Below, piece by piece: positions 27,453 to 36,703 of a DNA stretch of 64,000 nucleotides. Source of the DNA: Candidatus Woesebacteria bacterium RIFCSPHIGHO2_01_FULL_39_32 (GTDB lineage Bacteria > Patescibacteriota > Microgenomatia > UBA8517); contig MGGJ01000009.1 in NCBI GenBank assembly GCA_001792345.1, positions 3,711 through 67,710 on the forward strand. The letters are read 5' to 3'. The notes under the pieces were generated by a model. That model was not told the origin of the DNA. It saw nothing but the letters and a program-made list of their open reading frames with translations, and searched no databases. A program made the position numbers and the translations under genes. Numbering within the stretch: the first letter of the stretch is position 1; the number at the start of each line of letters is the position of its first letter.

Positions 27453-28979
27453 CTAGAATTCTGTATCTTTTGGTCTATACTGAAGTGCTTCGGCTAGATG
27501 GTTGAAGGAAATATCTTTTGTTCCTTCCAAATCGGCAATTGTGCGGGCAATTTTAATAATTTTAAAATAAGAACGTGCGGAAAGATTCATAGTTGCCGCT
27601 GCACTTAGTAACATTGTGCGACATTCGGGGGGTAGGGAACAGAACTCTTTTACATTTCTTGTGCTCATTTCACTATTACTTTTTAATTTAGTTGCCTTGA
27701 ATCTTTTAGTTTGTATATTGCGAGCTGACTGAACTTTCCTCTGAATATCTTTTGAAGACTCAGAATCATCTGTCTTACCGACTAACTTTTGTGTTTCGAC
27801 AGAAGGAACATCTACATGTAAATCAATTCTATCCAAGATCGGCCCAGAAATTCTTTTTTGATATCTTTGAATTTGTCCTGGCATACACTTACAGGCTCTT
27901 TTGGGATCTCCAAAATATCCGCAAGGGCAAGGATTGCTCGCTGAAACCAACAAAAACTGTGCGGGATAGGTAACAGAACCTTTCGCTCGTGATATTGTCA
28001 CAACCCCATCCTCCATTGGCTGCCGCAAAGATTCAAGAACATGTCTAGGAAATTCAGGAAATTCGTCCAAAAAGAGTACTCCTCTATGGGCCAGCGATAT
28101 TTCGCCAGGAGAAGGATTCGAACCACCTCCGATAAGACCAATTCTACTTGTCGTATGGTGTGGACTGCGAAATGGTCTTGTGGTTATTATCGCTTGACCA
28201 GGAGATAAATTTCCGGTTATAGAATAAATTTTTGTAACTTCTAAAGCTTCATCTTCGGTTAATCTCGGTAAAATTCCGGGAAGAGCGCGAGCTAACATAG
28301 TTTTTCCGGATCCGGGTGTCCCTTTCAAAAAAATATTGTGATTCCCAGCAGCAGAAATCTCCATGGCCCGTTTGGCATGTTCTTGTCCTATTATTTCTGA
28401 AAAATCAAACTCTGCCTGCGTTGTACTAAGCAAAGCTGAGAGACTAACTTTTGAAGCCGGAAGTATATCGATTGTTTTATTGAAAAATCTTACTAGCTCC
28501 AGAAGTGATTCGATAGAATAAACTTTAACTCCCGACACAACAGATGCTTCTTTTTCGTTAACTTTTGGGATAAATACTTTTTTAAAATTTTTCTCCTTTG
28601 CAAGATAGGTCATTGGTAATATTCCGTTTGTGTGTCGCAAATTCCCATCAAGTGAAAGCTCGCCAAAAAATAATGAATCGGAAACATCCGGTGCGATCTG
28701 ACCTCCCGCAATCAAAATTCCCAAGGCAATAGGTAAATCATAAGACGGTCCTGCTTTTGGTAAATCTGCTGGTGCTAAATTAACCGTAATCCTCGTTGAC
28801 GGAAAATCTGCTCCTGAATTTTTTATGGCAGCTCTAACCCTTTCCTTACTCTCCTCTACCGCTTTATCCGGAAGTCCTACGATTGTAAAAGAGGGAAGTC
28901 CATCTGCGATATCAACCTCAACGTCAATTAGAGTTGCATTTAACCCAACAGTTGCCCCGGAAGTAATTTTCGCAAGCAT
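27453..28979 (-). CDS. comM: YifB/ComM Mg-chelatase-like AAA+ ATPase
   Basis: IVGLPDKAVEES, GTPGSGKT, FRSPHH, LFLDEFPEF and NPCPCG motifs; start ATG 28979. Confidence 0.95.
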   Translation of the reverse strand: MLAKITSGATVGLNATLIDVEVDIADGLPSFTIVGLPDKAVEESKERVRAAIKNSGADFPSTRITVNLAPADLPKAGPSYDLPIALGILIAGGQIAPDVSDSLFFGELSLDGNLRHTNGILPMTYLAKEKNFKKVFIPKVNEKEASVVSGVKVYSIESLLELVRFFNKTIDILPASKVSLSALLSTTQAEFDFSEIIGQEHAKRAMEISAAGNHNIFLKGTPGSGKTMLARALPGILPRLTEDEALEVTKIYSITGNLSPGQAIITTRPFRSPHHTTSRIGLIGGGSNPSPGEISLAHRGVLFLDEFPEFPRHVLESLRQPMEDGVVTISRAKGSVTYPAQFLLVSASNPCPCGYFGDPKRACKCMPGQIQRYQKRISGPILDRIDLHVDVPSVETQKLVGKTDDSESSKDIQRKVQSARNIQTKRFKATKLKSNSEMSTRNVKEFCSLPPECRTMLLSAAATMNLSARSYFKIIKIARTIADLEGTKDISFNHLAEALQYRPKDTEF

Positions 28980-29001
28980 TAAATTTACTATACACCGAAA
29001 T

Positions 29002-30075
29002 TTATTCAACTATCCAACCATAGAAGCTCTTTTTACTACCGTCTTCAGCTATATCCTTACTACAAAAATATGATTCTCTTCCCAATATACCTAAGTTTAC
29101 TACTACATAACATGCAGAGTCTTTACCAGCTCCAATTTCTTGGAAAAGAGCATATTTAAAATCGGGTGAAACATCTACAAAATAAAATACCGTTTCATTA
29201 TTACTTTTCTCCAATACAATTTTTTCTGAAAATATATCATTTCTAATGTCATAGATTACAAATTCATTTTTCCCTAACCCCTCTGATAATATGATTTTTC
29301 CATTTACAAATTCGTAAGAAAAAACCTCGAAATCCTCCCAACCGGCTACTTGAATCTTCCTGATGGTTAACTCGCTCAAATCAATCAGATTCTCGCCTAC
29401 TAACAATCTATTCGAATCACTATCCAAAAAATAAGGATATAAACTAATGGTCTCTCTTGGAATAGTCAATTTCTCTAAGACTTTCCCGGATTCTAAATCG
29501 ATTATGCAAAACTCTTCCACAAAAAGAATACTCCCAATGTCTTCGACATTTGCTGAGTATATCTCTTGCCTTTCGGGACCATAATTAAGTATTTCACCAC
29601 AATTATAATCTGAAAATTTTCCAGATATTTTCTCAGATTCCTTTGTCTCCAAGTTAAGCATCCATAAATCAAAGCTTATATAATCGTTTTTGTAAGCTTT
29701 AACAAGCATATTTTTCTTGTCTTTCGTAAGAAAGACGGCTTCAGTAATAGTCTCATTATTTTTTATTTTGAATTCCTCGATCTCGTGTCTATATGTCCAG
29801 TCCATGCCGAAGTAAGGATTTTTTGTTGTAGTTTTAGAATATTTCTCTTCCCCATACTTTTTAAAAGTCTTACCATCAAAACCCACAACCACCGCTTCTT
29901 CCAAATTGGGACCTATTTGGGGAAAATATTCTGCAAAAACAAGTCCACTACTTAACTTCGAGTCTTTAATTGGAAATAATAAAGGAAGAGCTATAAATAA
30001 TATTGCAACAAAAACTATAAGTATCAATATTAACTTTATTAAATTTCTTACTCCTGCAATAATTTTGGCAGTCAT
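29002..30075 (-). CDS. Membrane-anchored hypothetical protein (possible beta-propeller)
   Basis: N-terminal TM helix; beta-rich repeats (DVSPDFKY); paralog of 1..374. Confidence 0.7.
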   Translation of the reverse strand: MTAKIIAGVRNLIKLILILIVFVAILFIALPLLFPIKDSKLSSGLVFAEYFPQIGPNLEEAVVVGFDGKTFKKYGEEKYSKTTTKNPYFGMDWTYRHEIEEFKIKNNETITEAVFLTKDKKNMLVKAYKNDYISFDLWMLNLETKESEKISGKFSDYNCGEILNYGPERQEIYSANVEDIGSILFVEEFCIIDLESGKVLEKLTIPRETISLYPYFLDSDSNRLLVGENLIDLSELTIRKIQVAGWEDFEVFSYEFVNGKIILSEGLGKNEFVIYDIRNDIFSEKIVLEKSNNETVFYFVDVSPDFKYALFQEIGAGKDSACYVVVNLGILGRESYFCSKDIAEDGSKKSFYGWIVE

Positions 30076-30130
30076 TAATTTAAGTTATCACAATCCAAAT
30101 ATGTAAAGTGCCGACTCCGACTCTCCAACC

Positions 30131-30355
30131 CTAAAAAATTACAAAAAACATATAGCCTAGGATAAAAATGAAAGGCAGTGTACCTAAAACAAAGTAAAAC
30201 CGATACTCCCTTGCCATTTCTTCACCCAAAACTTTTTTAAATCCTTTATAGGCTAACCCAATAATCATTGAACCTGCCGCAAAAAATCCCATAACTGCAG
30301 TTGCCTTAACTATGGATAAAAATTCCGGTGGAAGTAAACCACCACTAATATTCAT
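30131..30355 (-). CDS. Small membrane protein
   Basis: 74 aa, 2 TM; similar to the neighbouring 30345..30635. Confidence 0.65.
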   Translation of the reverse strand: MNISGGLLPPEFLSIVKATAVMGFFAAGSMIIGLAYKGFKKVLGEEMAREYRFYFVLGTLPFIFILGYMFFVIF

Positions 30356-30635
30356 TTAAACCTCTGCTTCCAAAAACCCTAAGTACCAATCTTCCGTATT
30401 TTTCCAGGTCAAGTCTTCCAAAAAGAAAGTTAAAGACAAACAAGAAAAGAAGCAACGGAAGTACAGAAAAAACTAAAAAAAGCCACCAGAGGGATTTTGA
30501 TCTATACCCAAAAAAATTACTAAAAGCTTTATGGTTAAAATTCATCAAAAGTGTAGTAGTAGCAAGTAAGCCCGCAATCGCGCTGAAGCGCAAGAAAGAA
30601 AGTAACTCAGGAGGCAACCCTTTGACAACTTCCAT
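30345..30635 (-). CDS. Small membrane protein
   Basis: Probable ATG 30635; shares LPPExLS...K.F...G...LP with 30131..30355. Confidence 0.65.
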   Translation of the reverse strand: MEVVKGLPPELLSFLRFSAIAGLLATTTLLMNFNHKAFSNFFGYRSKSLWWLFLVFSVLPLLLFLFVFNFLFGRLDLEKYGRLVLRVFGSRGLNEY

Positions 30636-30714
30636 TAAGGTAATTTTCTCACACGTTTCAATACCAAACAACCATATCTGGAAATTTAAGTGAAAGGAAA
30701 GTATGCTAAAAGTA

Positions 30715-32352
30715 ATGAAGCTTCGTGAAGTCAGTAGTCCTGTTGCCTATTTCTGCGCTGAATTTGCCATAGATAACGAACTTCCAACATATTCGGGTGG
30801 CCTGGGTATTTTGGCGGGAGATGTTATGCATGAGGCAGCGCAGGAACACTATCCAATGGTTGGTATAGGAATATTGTATAAGGGCAAAGAGTTCATGCAA
30901 CACATAACTGGTGCTGGTCGCGAAGAACAAAGAGATTCGGAATTTGACCACGATACCTCTTTTTTACGGCCTACAACTATAGAAGGGAAGCCACTTATAC
31001 TGAATCTTTCGTTGGAAGCAAGCGTTGTTAAAATTAAGTCATATCATATAAGGCTTTCCGATACCACCCTTCTTTTTTTCCTTTCAACGGACGTGGATGG
31101 TAATCCTTCTGAATGGATTAGTGATATGGACGCGTTATATAAAGGGGACGTAAATAGTCAAATTAGACAACAAATTCTTCTGGGTGTAGGTGGTATAAAA
31201 CTTTTGAAAGCTCTTAGTATCACCCCCTCCTTTTATCATATAAATGAGGGTCGTCCCGCTTTTTGCATATGGGAAATTGTAAAAAATGAAATGGAAGATA
31301 AACAAAAATCTTTTGAGGATAGTTGGGAAAAAGCTATCAAAAAAATAGTCTACACAAACCATACTTTAGTTGCAGCAGGAAATCCTACCTATTCAATAGA
31401 ACTGATCGAACGCTGGGCTACACCATTTGCACGAAAAATGAAGGTAGATACAAACCTTTTAATCAAAGATGGACTAGTTGATCCCGGCACCTTTAGTATC
31501 TCCCAGTTCGCGTTGAATATCTCTAGCAAACACTCTAGCGTCAGCAAAGTACACGCAGATTACGCAAAAAGACAATATCCAGATTATAAATGGATAGCAA
31601 TAACCAATGGAGTATATATGCCCAGATGGCAGGATAGTGACTTTAGGGACCCTTCATTAACAGATAAGCAAATTTGGGATATGCATTTAGCCAAAAAATA
31701 CGAACTTATGGAAACTGTTGTAAAACGTACCGGGTTCGGTTACGACCCTGAACGACTGGTTATTACCTGGGCGAGAAGGCTAGCTGAATATAAACAACCT
31801 AAGGCTATTTTTAAAGATATTGAAAGGCTAAAAAAAATCCTTTCCAAAGCCGATCGCCCGATACAGCTACTTTTTGCAGGAAACACACACTCGGGTGATC
31901 CAAACGCAAAATCCATAGTCGAAGATATCATTAGTATTTTTTCAGGAGAACTTTCTGGACACGCAATTTTTGTACCTAACTACAATATATCTTTAGCAAA
32001 TCATTTTGTCTCCGGAAGCGACGTATGGCTAAATACTCCGAAAGGAAACCTCGAAGCTTGTGGAACATCGGGAATGAAAGCAATAAGTAACGGTGTATTA
32101 AACTGTACTGTCCACGACGGGTGGACATACGAGGTTGATTGGGAAGGAATCGGTTGGACTCTAGATCCTGAAAATGTGGCTGATAGTCTTTATAAGCTTA
32201 TTGAGGATGATATTGCACCCTCTTATTATCGGAGAAACGAAGAAGGTTTGCCCATAGAATGGATTGGTCGAATGCGAAAATCCATCGAAGTCTCAAAAAA
32301 GTTTAGCACTAAACGGATGCTTGAAGGATATAAAAAGCTACTTTACTGCTAA
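30715..32352 (+). CDS. glgP: Alpha-glucan (glycogen/maltodextrin) phosphorylase
   Basis: YSGGLGILAGD, HINEGRP, TNGV, WARRLAEYK and EACGTSGMK (PLP Lys) motifs. Confidence 0.95.
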   Translation: MKLREVSSPVAYFCAEFAIDNELPTYSGGLGILAGDVMHEAAQEHYPMVGIGILYKGKEFMQHITGAGREEQRDSEFDHDTSFLRPTTIEGKPLILNLSLEASVVKIKSYHIRLSDTTLLFFLSTDVDGNPSEWISDMDALYKGDVNSQIRQQILLGVGGIKLLKALSITPSFYHINEGRPAFCIWEIVKNEMEDKQKSFEDSWEKAIKKIVYTNHTLVAAGNPTYSIELIERWATPFARKMKVDTNLLIKDGLVDPGTFSISQFALNISSKHSSVSKVHADYAKRQYPDYKWIAITNGVYMPRWQDSDFRDPSLTDKQIWDMHLAKKYELMETVVKRTGFGYDPERLVITWARRLAEYKQPKAIFKDIERLKKILSKADRPIQLLFAGNTHSGDPNAKSIVEDIISIFSGELSGHAIFVPNYNISLANHFVSGSDVWLNTPKGNLEACGTSGMKAISNGVLNCTVHDGWTYEVDWEGIGWTLDPENVADSLYKLIEDDIAPSYYRRNEEGLPIEWIGRMRKSIEVSKKFSTKRMLEGYKKLLYC

Positions 32353-32354
32353 TT

Positions 32355-32771
32355 CTAGGATTTTATATATTTCTTAATTTTTTCAACAACCTGCTCAGGA
32401 GTCTGCATTGCTTTTACCAAATATTCTTTTACACCAAGTTTCATTGCTTTTTGCCGCTCCGTATCCTCGGCAAGATTCGTTAGTGCAACAACCGGTAAAT
32501 TTTTTCCCTTAGTACTTTCCCGGAATTTTTCCAAAAAATCAGTACCCGACATTCTCGGAAGCATGATATCCAAAAGGATTATGTCAATTGGTTCAGCGAG
32601 AGCCATTGTAAGCGCCTCTTCCCCATCCTTTGCATTAAGAACCTTAAATCCTTCAAAGGAGAACTTTTCAGTATACATTTTCAAAAGGACCGGATCATCC
32701 TCAACTATTAAAATTACCTGTTCAGGCTTTTGTGCTGACTCATTATTAGTTGGTTCCGGATGATCTGCCAT
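32355..32771 (-). CDS. Stand-alone response regulator receiver (CheY-like)
   Basis: IVEDD, LLDIMLP, LTN and YLVK motifs; no output domain. Confidence 0.95.
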   Translation of the reverse strand: MADHPEPTNNESAQKPEQVILIVEDDPVLLKMYTEKFSFEGFKVLNAKDGEEALTMALAEPIDIILLDIMLPRMSGTDFLEKFRESTKGKNLPVVALTNLAEDTERQKAMKLGVKEYLVKAMQTPEQVVEKIKKYIKS

Positions 32772-32972
32772 AGTATATGCTCACACTAATATTACTTTTT
32801 GTCGAACTTATTTTCAAATAGAGAAATTACATTATCAAATAAAACATTGTGTGTAATTTCTATAGCATATATCACATTTTTTGTTTGATTTCAAAATGTG
32901 ACATCTGTGGGAGTTTTCGACAAACACTTGTGAAGAGTCGCAGCTCCAGTATACAATTAACAATTGAGGGTT

Positions 32973-33584
32973 ATGAAAAAACTTTGTTTCTTAATCTTTA
33001 TTCTCGCAGCTACCCTACTTTTTTTTGCAAAAACCTTAAAGGCATCTGAGGGAGTAATTGAAATTGTAAGCACAACCGATGACGTGTATCGCTGTTGGGC
33101 TTCCTCGGTAAGAATGCAAAATCAGGAATTTAGAATTCCTTTTACTTGTAGAAACCTAATCTATCCAGCAAATGATAATGTATTTAACTATGTAGCGTGG
33201 GCAACACCTCAAAACGGTGGCGAAACAATTAAATTGGGAGCTTTAGGTCTGGGAAGAGGAGAATTCAGGACCAAAAAAGCATTTGCCAATCTTTTCGTCA
33301 CGACAGAAAGGTCAAAAGATGTAAAAACACCTCAAGGGACTGTAGTTATGCGAGGCAACGTTGAATCCATAGAACCATTTTTCCAAGAAGGACCTACAGC
33401 TACTCCCACGCCTAGCACCGAAGGTGGAGAAGAAGAGTTGCAGCAAGAAGAACCAGAGCAGCCAAGCGAACTTACCACAAGACAAAAATTCCTGCTCGCA
33501 TTAAGACGAGCTGGTGTTGCAGCCTTGATTGCACTTGTGGCACTTGTTGGTTTAATCTTCGTGGTAACCAGGTCAAGAGGATGA
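32973..33584 (+). CDS. Exported protein with C-terminal TM anchor; possible RskA-like beta domain
   Basis: Signal peptide, YVAW...LGAL...LFVTTE, Pro/Thr/Glu linker and C-terminal TM helix. Confidence 0.65.
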   Translation: MKKLCFLIFILAATLLFFAKTLKASEGVIEIVSTTDDVYRCWASSVRMQNQEFRIPFTCRNLIYPANDNVFNYVAWATPQNGGETIKLGALGLGRGEFRTKKAFANLFVTTERSKDVKTPQGTVVMRGNVESIEPFFQEGPTATPTPSTEGGEEELQQEEPEQPSELTTRQKFLLALRRAGVAALIALVALVGLIFVVTRSRG

Positions 33585-35174
33585 CTCGGTAAGGGGTAGT
33601 TCAAACCAAAACGTACTTCCCTTACCCACCACAGAATCTACGTCAATTTTTCCATTGAATTTCTCAACTAAAAGTTTACAAATATATAACCCCAATCCTG
33701 TTCCTGTGGTTTTGCCAACATTTGTTTCTATCCTATGAAACTTTTGAAAAAGCTTTACCTTCTCATCTTCGGAAATCCCCGGACCAGAATCTATTACTTC
33801 GACGCGGACAGATTTTGGATTTGGTTGCCTTAGCTTCACTTTAACAAAACCCGTATCTGTATACTTAACGGCATTACTGATTAAGTTACCTATCACTTCT
33901 TGTACACGATCCGGGTCAACGCTAATTTTATCTTTAATTTCTGGCGGGATTTCAAGATCATACTTTAAACCTTTCCTTTCCAATTCGGGTGCAAATTGAT
34001 TAAAAACCGCTCTCACTACGCGCGATAAATTTTCTTCCTCAACCTGGTAAACCATTCTCCCCTCCTCAATTCTACTCACGTTAAGCATGTTATTAACCAG
34101 ACGAACCAGTCTATCAGTTATATTATTGGCATCTGCCAAAAATCCTCGAGCTTTTTCAGGGATATCTCCAGTATCACCCTCCATGACCATAGAAACATAT
34201 CCCTTGATAGCCGTCATCGGAGCCCTAAGTTCATGCGCCGCCATGGATATGAATTCATCCTTTTGTGCATCAAGTTGTTTTAGTCTCTGATTCAATTCAG
34301 CAAGCTTTTCTTTTTGTTCAATTTCTTTTGTTATACTTTTGATAAGGAGAATACTAAAAATCAATACAATTACAAAAATTGTCATATCAACAATCAATTC
34401 TCCTATAGATACATAAGTAAATATTTTAGCCAGAAGAATTAACAAAATTACTCCAACAAATAATTGTGTAGCAAGCAGTTTTATATTTAATAATTTGTGC
34501 TTAACTATGGCGTAAGCTATAAATCCAATCATTATTAAAGTAAAAATGGGTCCGAAAAATGTTAGCTTAATAGATTTGAAAACTACAACAGCAATAAAAT
34601 TGGTTAAGGTCATTAAAGAAAACGACACAAAAAGCCCAATAATAACAATTCCCAGCTGCCGTTTTAGTAATCCTTCACTTTTTCTATATCTGCGAAAAAG
34701 AATAATAAATCCCCATGTTAAAAAACCAATGAGGTTAACCGCATACAACACAATTGCAGGACCCGGGAAAAGTTTAAATCCCCCATCATTATCAGGCGAA
34801 TTCACTAGACCAGAGAATATATAAGGGGTAAAACTTAAAAGGGCTATTGCTATATTCAAAGTCAGCATAATAATAAGTAAGTTTCTTTTAACATTAATTT
34901 TCTCCCCTGGAATAGTCGACGATAGAAGAAATATTAAAGGACCAAGGGGAGTAGTAATAAACATTACTGACCTTACCCAAAGTAGGCGTATTGATTCGTT
35001 ACGAGGTAACAACGCAAGGTAATTAAAAACTGCCCAAAACATTAGAAGTGTTGCCAATATAGAGAGAAGTTTGTTACTCGCTGACTTGGGATTGTTTCGG
35101 TAAACAACAAATGCGATAAAAAGATCGGCAAAGATAGTAAAAATAACAGCTAATAAACCTAGGGCATCTAACAT
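33573..35174 (-). CDS. Sensor histidine kinase with N-terminal 7TM (HisKA_7TM-type) domain
   Basis: Multi-TM N-terminus ending YAIVKHKL; AHELRAP, NLISNAVKY, DSGPGI and GTGLGL motifs. Confidence 0.95.
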   Translation of the reverse strand: MLDALGLLAVIFTIFADLFIAFVVYRNNPKSASNKLLSILATLLMFWAVFNYLALLPRNESIRLLWVRSVMFITTPLGPLIFLLSSTIPGEKINVKRNLLIIMLTLNIAIALLSFTPYIFSGLVNSPDNDGGFKLFPGPAIVLYAVNLIGFLTWGFIILFRRYRKSEGLLKRQLGIVIIGLFVSFSLMTLTNFIAVVVFKSIKLTFFGPIFTLIMIGFIAYAIVKHKLLNIKLLATQLFVGVILLILLAKIFTYVSIGELIVDMTIFVIVLIFSILLIKSITKEIEQKEKLAELNQRLKQLDAQKDEFISMAAHELRAPMTAIKGYVSMVMEGDTGDIPEKARGFLADANNITDRLVRLVNNMLNVSRIEEGRMVYQVEEENLSRVVRAVFNQFAPELERKGLKYDLEIPPEIKDKISVDPDRVQEVIGNLISNAVKYTDTGFVKVKLRQPNPKSVRVEVIDSGPGISEDEKVKLFQKFHRIETNVGKTTGTGLGLYICKLLVEKFNGKIDVDSVVGKGSTFWFELPLTESSS

Positions 35175-35246
35175 AGGCTTAATACACTATATCATTGAAA
35201 ACATTACAAAGAAAACAAAAGAGAATAGGGAATTCCCCGCAAATAC

Positions 35247-36665
35247 TTAAATTGAAAAATCTTCTTGTCGTTCCTGAGGTATTGAAATATTAAACAATTG
35301 TGTCATTATTTTACGAAGAATCTCTGATTTTCCACGATCAAATTCATCGACTAATGTTTTTGGAGCTTCGTCGCTATGAAAATTTTTACCACTCATATCC
35401 CTTCCACCTAGCTGAAACAAAACTAATTTGGCAGCAATTGCAGCAGATTCCCTCGAAGCTATTGGTGTTTGAGAGAAGTAAGGCACCAATCCAAGACGAG
35501 TAAAAAGAAGTTGAAGCCTATGGTCGTCAGGTAAATCTCTATTCACCATCATATAAATTGCACGAAGTTGATTTAAGGAAAATTCTAATCCTTGTTGCAT
35601 TGTTTCTTTTTCAACTCGGGTTAAGTTCTGATTAAACCAATTACCATTCCCTGGAATCTCTATTCCAACAAAAGGATCGCTTCCAGCGTCGGCAATCCAT
35701 AGAAGCGGTGTTGATGGTAAAAACTTCTCGGAATAGGTCCGTGTATTTACTTTTCCTACAGCGCTATCTATAACTTCAAATAGAAATTCTAAACCCTCCG
35801 ACATGTCTTCAATCTTAGTATCGAATTCGCCTTCTGTTTCTTGTTTGGAAAAAATAACGTTTCCCGGAACACCCAAGTATTTACCATAAGGGTTTCTTCC
35901 TTGAAGTGTCCGCATTAAAAGGAGTGCTTTAGGCAAGCCAGAATTTCTAAAATCCCCCATACCTCCTGGAGCTCTTGCGATATCTTGTGGATCAAGCTTC
36001 CCTTTGTCAAAAGCAGTTATATCCTCAGCTCCTAAACATGCTAATAAATCCAGTTCCGTCGCAACAACACTCGCTCCGATGCTTCCTATTTTTGTAACCC
36101 GCAATGTGTCAATGTAAGAAAAAGGTATAAGACCAAGAAGTCTAGATTTATTCAATATCCTATTTTCTTCAGGACCAATATACATAAATAGCTCTTTCTT
36201 TAAAGGATCCCAAATAAATCTTGAGTTTTTCTCTACCAATTCAGGATCTTCTCTGTAAGGCTGCGTGGCTGAAGCAAGAATAGCCAAATCATCCGCAATA
36301 GGACCTATCTCTACTACCGAGCGTATTTCTTCCTGTGATATTCCTTGAGTTTGGGCTGTTATTTGTTGTGTTACTAAATCAAGTATTCCTTCGCGTGTCC
36401 TAGGAACTCTTTCATACATTGCAGCGTGTTTGAAAAATTGCTCTACTCCAGTAAGATAGGGTCTCAAAATATCATCTCGGGAATTTACAGCTTCTTTCGC
36501 TAATTGGACTAACTCATTTCTTCCTTCAGAAGTCTGATGATCAACAACTCTTAGTTGCCATTTGAGTGGATCCAAATCTGGTTCACCAAGAAACTTATCA
36601 ACGGCTAGTTCCTGAATATCTTGTACACTTTTTAATATCCAACCTTCTTGGTCAATCCGAGACAT
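35247..36665 (-). CDS. Divergent ThiF/E1-like adenylation enzyme (Rv1355c/OxzB-like, no nitroreductase domain)
   Basis: KIGSIGASV (Rossmann Gly loop), AFDKGKLDPQDIAR (~DxDxxxxSNLNR), GLPKA...NPY and EVIDS...K...R...P; preceded by an FIWDP segment like the WVYYPW of Rv1355c-type proteins. Confidence 0.7.
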   Translation of the reverse strand: MSRIDQEGWILKSVQDIQELAVDKFLGEPDLDPLKWQLRVVDHQTSEGRNELVQLAKEAVNSRDDILRPYLTGVEQFFKHAAMYERVPRTREGILDLVTQQITAQTQGISQEEIRSVVEIGPIADDLAILASATQPYREDPELVEKNSRFIWDPLKKELFMYIGPEENRILNKSRLLGLIPFSYIDTLRVTKIGSIGASVVATELDLLACLGAEDITAFDKGKLDPQDIARAPGGMGDFRNSGLPKALLLMRTLQGRNPYGKYLGVPGNVIFSKQETEGEFDTKIEDMSEGLEFLFEVIDSAVGKVNTRTYSEKFLPSTPLLWIADAGSDPFVGIEIPGNGNWFNQNLTRVEKETMQQGLEFSLNQLRAIYMMVNRDLPDDHRLQLLFTRLGLVPYFSQTPIASRESAAIAAKLVLFQLGGRDMSGKNFHSDEAPKTLVDEFDRGKSEILRKIMTQLFNISIPQERQEDFSI

Positions 36666-36703
36666 AACTGATTATAGGACAGTATAATTAATTCCTGCAT
36701 AAT

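Noticed and set aside
28114-28124. GGATTCGAACC, the reverse complement of a tRNA T-arm motif
   Set aside because: Inside comM coding sequence (GGSNP); no cloverleaf around it.
30715-32352. glgP as an output of the two-component system
   Set aside because: Only convergent adjacency; no sequence evidence of functional linkage.
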